Positions 29,078 through 64,000 of a DNA stretch of 64,000 bases are shown here, in pieces. The stretch is taken from the NCBI GenBank assembly GCA_012295275.1, contig CM022666.1, positions 7,502,001-7,566,000 of the forward strand, given 5' to 3'. Both the position numbers and the translations under genes were made by a program. The notes beneath the pieces were generated by a model, which was given only the letters and a program-made list of their open reading frames with translations, did no database searches and was not told where the DNA came from. Position 1 is the stretch's first letter; the number at the start of each line of letters is the position of its first letter. Source of the DNA: Chrysomallon squamiferum (taxonomy: Eukaryota > Animalia > Mollusca).

Positions 29078-29208
29078 CAACAACAACAACAATAATAACG
29101 TTAAGGAAACGACAAAAAGAAAGGAAATAAAAGAAATATTTGAAGTATTGTTGAAAGATGACAGACTTGAAAATGTTGTTGGCTCGTCCCCGCTACTTCT
29201 GTCGATTC

Positions 29209-29214
29209 AATAAA
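29209..29214 (+). terminator. Candidate Arx polyadenylation signal (alternative AATAAA at 27967-27972)
   Basis: AATAAA in non-repetitive context followed by a GT/T-rich stretch. AATAAA is common in this AT-rich DNA, so support is weak. Confidence 0.3.
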
Positions 29215-29318
29215 CTACTGAGAAATTGAGAACGAATTTGTTTTGAATATTTAACTAACAAGACGATTTTCAGTTGTGTTTATTTTTCGACAAAACAGAA
29301 CGCAGGGCCTGTGAGAGA

Positions 29319-29350
<32 letters not shown>

Positions 29351-31354
29351 AAAAAGTAGAATAATGATTTTAACGTTTTTTTTTTTTTTTTTTTATAATT
29401 AATTAATTTTTTATTATTATTTTTCTTTTTATCTATTTGTTTTTGTTTTTGTTATATATTTTTTGTTATTATTTTTTTTTTAGAGGGAGCGCTTTGTAGG
29501 TTTTTAAAAAAAATTATTTATTATTATAATTATTAATTAAATTTTTTTATTTATTTATTTTTTAGGAGTTTCATGAAAAAGCAGAAATATTAATTTATTT
29601 CTTTGCAATGAAACTATTCATACAAATACATATGATTACTTATGTACGCATGTATGCACGGACACATATACATACATACATACATGCATGCATACATACA
29701 TACATACATACACACATACAGACCTACAGACATAGAGACATACATCTACGTAATTTTATGAAGAAAATAATCGTTAATTCTAGAGAAACAAAAATAATTT
29801 ACTTATTTACTTGCCATGTTATGATATACACCTATTTTTATTCATCATAATTTTAAAATAGTTCTAGGGAAAAATAATAAATAAATAAATAAATATTTAA
29901 AATATATATATATATATATATTAATGTTTTAAAATATGTTTTAGCCATATTATAACTTTTATTTCTCTAAATTAAAAAAAAATGGGAGGTTGGGAAAAGA
30001 TGGGGGTGGGGGAAAACGAAAGAACGCGATAGACTAAAAAAAAAAAAAAAAAAAAAATTGAAAGAAAGAAAAATGAAAAGTTTTGTCGCTCGTGGTTTTT
30101 GGCTCATGGTCACGTTCCAAATTCAAAACAAACTTCGGCCTCTTTCGTTCGCACTCGACCTCCGCCGATCAATTATCCTCGTCGACAAATTAAATTATTC
30201 GTTGATCCACATCAACCTCATTGTTTGAAATGGATGCTGGGAAGGATTCAAACGCCTTTGACATTAGCGTTCCTTGCGACAGGAATTCAAATTTGAACTT
30301 GTCAGTGTTGACCGCCCGGATTTTACCTGCACCGCCAAGCCGACGTTTAAAACAACAAACAGGTTGGAGAGTTTGTCAAGGGATTTAACTCTATCGTCAT
30401 CTGGGCGGCTGCCCACCTCGGAGATCCAGTCCCGGTTTGATTTCCGGCATCTTCGTCTGCTGAGGCGAAATAGGATTTATATGCTATTTGGTGTCAACAG
30501 AAAAAAAAAAGAGAGAAGATGATGAAGAAAAACAAAGAAATAAAAAAAAAAAAACCCCACTAACCAATACACATTCACTTGGCTTATGACGTATGTCACA
30601 CAATAGCGACTTAGTGACAATATTTCAGTTATTGAAATAATTGTTTCTCGGGATTTACTAGGATTAGAATCAATTTAATGCTCTGCTTGTGTTTCGACTG
30701 GCTAAAAGAAGAGCTTTAAAGACCTTGAAGATTATAAAGTTACCACATATGCAATCCGTTGTATGCGTAACCGGACGTACATTCCATAATCTGAATATTA
30801 AGAATCATAAAACTGTTGATTTTGAGACCGACGCCATTTTGGAACAAGTCCTATATCTGCGCGCCACAAATTGTTACGTTTAACATCAGAGCAGACGACG
30901 AGTGCGTTCTCGCGCGGAATGTTATTACGTCACCGTTACAGGCATGTTTCGTCATTAACCACGCATTACAAATCTTTGACTGACCAGCCAGCTTTACTTA
31001 CTGAATACTTGAGATAAATTAAATAATGCTGGATTTAAAATAAGGAATGTGATAGTTTTGTTTCAATCTTTCTTCAAAGAGGAAAAGTATGCTAATTATT
31101 GCAACAGTTTAGTTTATCTAACTTTATGAGAAATTATATATTTATGCCTGTTATTACTGCACTGCTAAGTAATCTGAATATTTCTGATAATCAATCAATC
31201 GAAAAACCGATCTCCGAAAACGCACCATATAAATTATTAAATAAATAATAAAATACTTGTATTTCTTTCCTGACATTTCAAAAGCCCAAAGCTACTTAAT
31301 ATGAATTCACTACACACAAAGTTTTTAATAAAATGTAATCAAGAATTATTATTA

Positions 31355-31405
<51 letters not shown>

Positions 31406-31589
31406 TTTTGTTTTTTTTTTGTTGTTGTTTTTCTTATGCTAATTTATTTTTATTGTTTATTTCTGCATCGGTTCTGACATCGATAAGGTGCTTTATAATT
31501 ACTGTTAATAGAAACGGAATTTAAAATGAAATTTCAAATAACTAAATTTACTACACCAAACTAAAAATAATTTTCATCAAATAAATGGA

Positions 31590-31930
31590 AAACAGGTTTT
31601 AACAAATCGATTAACATTTCAGTAACTAATCTAAACATTAACAACGCCCTATAAATAAATCGAAAATTAGTTCCAAAAAAAAAAAAAAAAAAAAAAAAAA
31701 TCGGTACAACAGATATATCGATAATCAAACAAGACCACTAAATCGATTATCGTTTCCAACATCACAATTAAAAATAATGTTCACCAAATCAATAACCGTT
31801 TCCAGCAGATCTATAATAGTTCCCCCACAAAAAAAAAAATCGATTATCGGTTTTGACAAATCAGTAATTATTTCCAATAAGTCAACAGTCGTTTACAACA
31901 AACTGATAAACGTTTCGCAAATATCGATGT
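31590..31930. repeat. Degenerate ~21-bp tandem repeat (AAATCGATTATCGTTTCCAAC)
   Basis: Roughly ten diverged units visible. Confidence 0.65.
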
Positions 31931-32467
31931 AATTGTAACACCCGCATTTTATTCTGAAAATAATAACACTAAGAACAAAGTGACTAGTCTTATGTGAAAT
32001 CAAATCTTCCTATGTATTATTAACGAACAATCATTTACTATCAGTCAGCCACTTTAATTTATATCTCGTTGCATGCGAACAGATAAAGTAAAATATTAAT
32101 TCCGTATCATACATCGAAGTGTGTTACCGTATATGCTACAAAAATCGTGTACATCAAATATTTATTTAGTAATATTAAAATGTCCTTTTGTTTTTTTTAT
32201 GCTCGTACTTTTGAACTTTATGTGTTTATAAATTATTTAAAATGATTATATTTTTCTTTTCACTTGCTTCGTTGTTTAAAAAATTCCTGTTTTAAAGACT
32301 TACTACTAGTAATATTACTACTACTACTACTACTACCACTATTACTATTACTACTTTTATTGCTGTTGTTGTTGTTGCTATTGTTATTATCATAGTCGAT
32401 ATTAATACGTGTAAAGAAATACTTGTTAACATACAGAGAATCACAATTGTAGTGATATATACGTGTG

Positions 32468-32515
<48 letters not shown>

Positions 32516-32532
32516 AACACTGTATTTGAATC

Positions 32533-32574
<42 letters not shown>

Positions 32575-32904
32575 CAAATCAAACCGAAACACATATATTC
32601 TTAAATTTATACATACATACGTACACACATACATATTTTTCGAATGTACCAACATAAATACATATATGCATACATACATACACACACAAACACATAAACA
32701 CAAATTATTTGCCCACAACTAAGACCCAGTCGAATGTGTGAGAATCTAAATATAACTGAAATACCAAAACTTCAAAATCCTATTAACGCTGAACTCTGTG
32801 TCAGATCAGTTTTATTTATTATTAAATTCTAAAGAAATCTGTAACAATCAAATATTTCAAACAAATGAAGAGAACAGTGAACCAGTCACGTTTACACACA
32901 ACAT

Positions 32905-33055
32905 CATTCCGACGACGTCGACGTCAGAAAAACCGGCCAATTACATGTCAACGACATCCAAGACGACAACAACCTACTAAATATCAGCCATTTGCATGTC
33001 AACGACATTCGTAACGACAACAACCTCCGAAACATCGGCTCACTGCATGGCTGAC
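32905..33055. repeat. ~51-bp tandem repeat, about 3 copies (CATGTCAACGACAT..ACGACAACAACCT)
   Basis: Direct comparison of adjacent units. Confidence 0.75.
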
Positions 33056-33519
33056 AATTACCGGTTTTGTCGCAGAAAGCTGAAATATTAACTAGATATA
33101 TGCCCAGACAGGAAATTTAATTTAGTCCCAGCGCGGACGAAAACGACCAATGGCATTAAAGGAAGGGAGAGAATCACACCATTTTGCCTCGGGTCAGCGA
33201 CTGGGAGAGCGCGAGAAAGTGCGAGATTTTCGCGAGGCTAATGTGTAAAGGAAATGGCCGCAATTTAGGCGCCAGAAGAAGGAGGTGAAGTATGTTTGGA
33301 AATAATTGAAATTATTTCCCCTCTGTTAAATTATGAATGGTTTCATCGGGCGGCGGAGAGCGGCGATCAATCTGCTTGGATAATGAACAACATCTGTTTT
33401 CCTAATCACCTGTCATCGCGCAGGTTAGGCCAGACCCAGTATACCAAACGGCGTAATTAATGAATGCTGCTTTAAGAAATACTCTCTTGATACTAACTTT
33501 GACATTCCTCGACCAATTA

Positions 33520-34220
33520 ACACAGATAAATACACAGAGGTGCAGATCTAGAGGGGGGGAAATTATATTTCTAGATGTGGGTAGGGGAAGATTGGGTATT
33601 CCAGTAAGCCTAGTCGGCTGACACAGATGAAACTAGCAGGTTCAGATCTAGAGGGGGAATCATTTTTCAGAACGGAGTAGGGGGTGATTGGAACACAGAC
33701 GAAACAAAGAAGTGGAAACAGGAATCCAGGTTTAATTCTAGAGAAGAGGCAAGGCACAGTTTGTCATAGTACTAGCCACTTAACCTATATAGTATAAACC
33801 TTTTCAATTTTATAGGGGAACAGTCAAAAGTTCTGGTTCAAACCTAGAGCAGGATGAGGGATAACTGGCACTGTAGAACCGTTTAACACAAATAACATGT
33901 GCATATTGTTTTAGGAGGAGGATCCAATCCTAACTCTACAGACAGAACAAAATATTTGTCACTTCATGCCGAGTTATCTCGGGTAAAATAAAAAATTGTG
34001 TATTTCAAGAGGGAATCCCAGATCCTGATTTAATTTTAGTCTGGGATGAACTATATTTAACATTATAGTAAATAGTTTAAACAGGTATTACAAATAGGTG
34101 CAGATTTACACAGGGAGAATCCTAATATCTGGTTTAATTCTTTAAGTGAGAAGATTTAATACAGTTTTAGCCAGTAAACGCTGACAAAACGAAGAAATGC
34201 AGATTTAGATGGGATTTTCT
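33520..34220. repeat. Old degenerate ~100-bp repeat array (GTGCAGATCTAGAGGGGGAAT core)
   Basis: Core variants at ~33540, 33640, 33900, 34000, 34098 and 34197. Confidence 0.55.
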
Positions 34221-35289
34221 TATAAAGGGAACCGAAATATTATATTAAAATAATTAGGATTCCACTTTGTGGAACAAAAATTACTCACATGGTGTCTTTA
34301 TACCCTACTGATCAAATTGGAGAAGTGAAAAATCTCTGACAACATGATTAATCCACTAAGATCGTCTGTCTTTGCCAGCGGGCTCTTAATTTAATGCGAG
34401 TATTCTGCCCTCTGTACTTCTAAGACTATATGGAATAGATTACGAAACAGCGTTGTACAATTTAATATATTATTTTGTGAATCTCGACTGAAAGACTATA
34501 TATAAACTAGAAAGAATATCAAAATAAATAAAATGAAATAAATAAATGAATCATGAAACTAGAAAATAAATAAATAGAGAAATTAATCGTTAATATAATA
34601 AAATTAAAATCATATTTAAATAAGTAAAATAAAATAAAAGAATAAAAGTGTAACATGCATAATGAATTAGATTTGTAATTCATATTTTCTAAATCCCGAA
34701 CCATTTTCAGATGAAAGCTGTTAATACATTTCAATATTTCAGAACAATCAGACGCCATCTTTAGTTAAAAATATGTTTAGTTATTTCTAAAAATTACAAC
34801 AACTGTAACAGTAACCATTAACAAAGGAACACAATAAAACAAATAAGAAAACAACAATAACTTCAACAACGAAAAATAAACATAAGCTCACAAAAAGGGT
34901 GATTTATGTATAAAATTAAAATATACCAACATAAAAATGTCCGGCTTTTTGCACACAGGAAAATAGTTTAGTAGACGACAGATGAAAACGGTTTGCCATT
35001 GTTTCTTAATGACGTCAAAAACAATCATTTGACGTCATCGATTGTCAATAAGAATATTTTCAAGTACAATTTTCCTTGGACAATTTTCTGTCTTTCGTTA
35101 ACTATATTATTACCATGTTTGGAAAGCATGTATTTTCAGAGGTATGTTTCTGACTTATAGGTCTATATTTACTGCTCTCTTTTCATTTCAGCTTTAGGTT
35201 CAATTAATTAATAGTAATACAGACGTAACTATGATATCAGAAAGTGCAAATTTTTTTTTAAAACAAATGTTAAACAAGTAACATAACAG

Positions 35290-35357
<68 letters not shown>

Positions 35358-35694
35358 TAGTCGTAGTAGTAGTTGTTGTTATTATAGTATTAATAATAAT
35401 AATTCATTAATGTGAAATAAGAATATCGGCTGTTAATCGATGAATTAGAAAACGGTTCACGCACAAACAGTAGTCGTGTATGATTTTTCATATATATATA
35501 TATATGTAATAAATCAGTAGAGTAGGGTATAGACCAGTGGTAGCAAGTTTCTCTCTGATTATCATCAACAACGACGAAGTTGGCAACAACAACAATATTT
35601 TATTTATTTTTACTTCCATACAGCGTCAGGGTTTACATATATTTCACCTCTGAACCAAAAATCATGTGAAAACTTTTTTAGTGGACAAAATGTT

Positions 35695-35725
<31 letters not shown>

Positions 35726-37198
35726 TCCATTAAATAGAGAAGAAAAATATTAATATATCTGTAACAAACGCAGAATACTCGTCGATAGGTAAATTCAATA
35801 AACCGTTTTTATGCAATAGGAAAAGTTTTATGTATTCGTAATAATCATTAAGTTTAAATTTCTCAAACATTTATTTATTTATCTATTTAATTTAATTTAA
35901 TGATCTCTATTTTTTATTTTTTTATTATTATTTAGAAAACGATTTGTGTTTTATTTTTTTGTGGGGGGGGCTCTACAAAACAAAACGATTATTGATATAT
36001 TTTATTTCGGATTTTGCGGTCACAGAGTTTTAATATTTAACGAAATTAAAATATAAATGGGGTATTAAGTCTTAATTGAATTTCGGAAAGGCTAAATGTA
36101 CCGACAAAATGTTATCACAGCATCTTTCTTGTTATATCATTGCTGTTTGCGTCTTTAGCGCGTGCCAAGCAGAAGTTTGCGGACGAACAAATATGGCTGA
36201 CACGTGCGAATGAAAATAGCTAACGGCAACTCCAACTTTGTTCATTTTAAAAGCAATTATCCCTAATTACAGGCGGCGATTACTTATCGCTGAAACTGTC
36301 AAATCAGGTTGCAAAATCTCATTCTTTAAAGTTTAGCTCAATAAATCAAATGAGTAATGAGAAGAGAGTGGTTTTTGTAAAAATTTGCTGTGAACTAAGC
36401 GATTGGTTGATAGTGGAAAGAGGTAAACAAAGGGACATAATTAGATCACGAAATTAGTAATTACGTGTTTGAAAATTTTAACATGTATTAATTAAAAATC
36501 CTGGCCTGAAAATAAAATTATTTATTTTGTAATTAAAAAATTAGCTTATCTCCATTTCCAAATCGTTGAAATGAAAGAAAGTGTCTTGCTAAATATACAT
36601 TATAAAAACTGCCCATAATTTTGCCTTTAACTTCAAACCTGAAAATGAACTAGCTACACGTTTGGAGCCAATTTTTTATTTTATTTTTATTTTTTGACAA
36701 AATTTCATTAATTTCCTTCTTATCATGTAATTCTTTGATACGAACAAATTCAAATATGCCAGAGTAAAATTATTTTTGGGATATAATGTTCTGAACAATA
36801 AATTACGATGTTTCTACAACAAAACACTGTGGAGATTTCGATGATCGTATTTATAATGATCGTTTGCTGTAACGTGAATCTTACCTATGACGTCGAAGAA
36901 AACTACAATAACGAGAACATCAGAAAGGCAGGGAGCTTGACTTTTGTTTTTCAGCTATCAGTTTATATGAAAGTTTCAAAGTAAATTTCTTGGTAGATGA
37001 AAGGTAACTTGTAATAGTATCCTTCGAACTTAACCAGCAAAAACGTATGTAATTCGAAACATTGAAACGATATTCATTGCTTCGTATTATGTTCAGGATT
37101 TATTATTATTATTACTACTACTACAATGATAAGAATAACAGTAAAAATAATGATGATGATGATATTACTATTACTACTACTACTAATAAAACAATTTC

Positions 37199-37249
<51 letters not shown>

Positions 37250-38276
37250 GACAATAACAAAATAAATATTTTATAATTACTGATTGAAAGTAATAATTTA
37301 TGGTAAGCCTGAAATATTTTTTAAATATAACAAACATTAGCAAATAATTTTATAACCCATTTATTACAAGATTAAGTAATATTACTTACAAAATATGTAT
37401 ATATGTATATATACAGTGTGAAAAAAAAAATCCAAAAATATAATATAAAATTTATATTTTTGTACATTCTGCTTTAAGTGTAACTGTTATTAAAAACATA
37501 TTTAAAATCAAAATAAGAATATCATCAAAATACATGATCACTGATGTATTTATACTGATATAAATTATTTATATTACAACTGAACTTTTTTTTTTAAAGT
37601 TACACCAACCACAATATGACAACTCATTTATTTTCTGAAATTCTGCATCAGCTGTTTTAAATCCTTAAGATATGAATGAATGCATGAACATTAAAACCAT
37701 TACAAAAATAATTTAAATCACAACTTGGAACAGCAACTACAGTTGGCAAAAATGCAATAAATACAAATATTTGAAACTGAATTTAAATGTTTCAAAAATG
37801 AAAAATGTTAATATTAATTTACTAAACACGTGTAAATTTAATTAAATAACTAATGTCTGTTTGAACTGATTAATCTACACAATGTACAATTTTTACCACA
37901 AATGTCATTAAAACTTATTTATGTTCTTCAACATTCGAATGACAGCAGTATTAAATACTTTTATTTCTTTTCTGACATTTCAGAAATCCAAAGCTACTAA
38001 AAATACATTCACTACACACAAAGTTTTTAATAAAAAAAATAAACAAGAATTTTTTTGCTGCCTAATTTATATTTGCAGTTCATTTAAAAGATCTTTTAAG
38101 GAACAAACTGGTTATGGTCATAAAGGATTTCCGTGTCACTTTTTGTTGGCAGTCTGCCTTTCAAGGAATGATCAGGGGATGATAGGAGATGATTATTTGG
38201 TCCCTTATAGAACACAGTCCATTTAAAAGAAATCTTTCCCACCTTTATTATGTGTTTTATGGAAATGATATTGAGT

Positions 38277-63272
<24,996 letters not shown>

Positions 63273-63489
63273 CTGTAAATAAATAAAATAAAAACATTTC
63301 TTCTTATTAAGATATGATTATCAAAAACGTCCCAATACTGCTTAATAGTTAGTTGTCAGTAATATAAATAACAATACTATTGTAATCCGTTTCTTTTGGT
63401 AAAATAAGTTACAATAATTAAACATTACTTCTTATTTAAATATACTTAATACTTATCAGTAATGATACAGTGCTGTATAGTAACAGAAC

Positions 63490-63930
63490 TAACAATCTGT
63501 TTTTCTCGATAAAATAACAATAATTTAAAATAAATATTTCTTCCTAGATAAATATACTTGTTACTTATCAATATTAGAAGTAACAATATTATTTTAATCT
63601 GTTTCTCCTGATAAAATAACAATTATTTACCATAAATAAATTTTTCTTTCTGTATAAATATACTCATTACTTACCAATAATAGAAATAACAATATTATTT
63701 TAATGTTTCTTTTGATAAAATAACAATAATTCAAAATAAGTAGATATTTCTTCCTATAGTTATTATGTATTGATAAGAGAAATAACAGTGTTATTTTAAT
63801 CTGTTTCTTTTGATAAAATAACAATAATTTACAATAAATTAATATTTCTTCCTGCATAAATGTACTGATTACTTATCAATTATTTAGAAATATAATATTT
63901 TAACAATAACTTACAGTAAATAAATATATA
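63490..63930. repeat. Intronic ~100-bp tandem repeat (GATAAAATAACAATAATTT..TATTTCTTCCT..TTACTTATCAAT)
   Basis: About 4 diverged copies. Confidence 0.75.
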
Positions 63931-64000
63931 TATTAATATATTTCTTTTTACTTTTGTCAGTAACAGGATATGACTGGGTTTTTTTTTGGGGGGGTTGTAC

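Noticed and set aside
31590-33055. CRISPR-like repeat arrays
   Set aside because: Eukaryotic context, degenerate tandem units, no unique spacers and no cas genes.
35520-35560. tRNA gene candidate (TATAGACCAGTGGTAG)
   Set aside because: Only an A-box-like fragment with no B box or cloverleaf; at most a SINE remnant.

Overview
AT-rich, microsatellite-dense, intron-rich animal genomic DNA. Its composition and degenerate SINE-like remnants suggest a lophotrochozoan such as a gastropod mollusc, which is inference only. Two genes lie tail-to-tail. (1) On the + strand is an aristaless/Arx-type Q50 paired-like homeobox gene with coding exons 14589-15282, 20538-20583 and 27162-27702; its first exon could not be placed. 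(2) On the - strand is the DNA polymerase alpha catalytic subunit gene POLA1, for which 34 coding exons can be traced from 63272 to the stop at 38277; its 5' end lies beyond the window. This is the convergent ARX-POLA1 arrangement known from vertebrates, where POLA1 introns carry ARX enhancers. Here CpG-retaining, motif-rich islands occur around Arx and inside two POLA1 introns, suggesting an ancient genomic regulatory block. Each gene shows one apparent single-base frameshift: Arx just before its OAR domain, and POLA1 in a C-run of exon 56995-57116. Both are most likely assembly indels, but the Arx case could also be repaired by a 13-nt GT..AG segment. Most ORFs in the supplied track are microsatellite artefacts.
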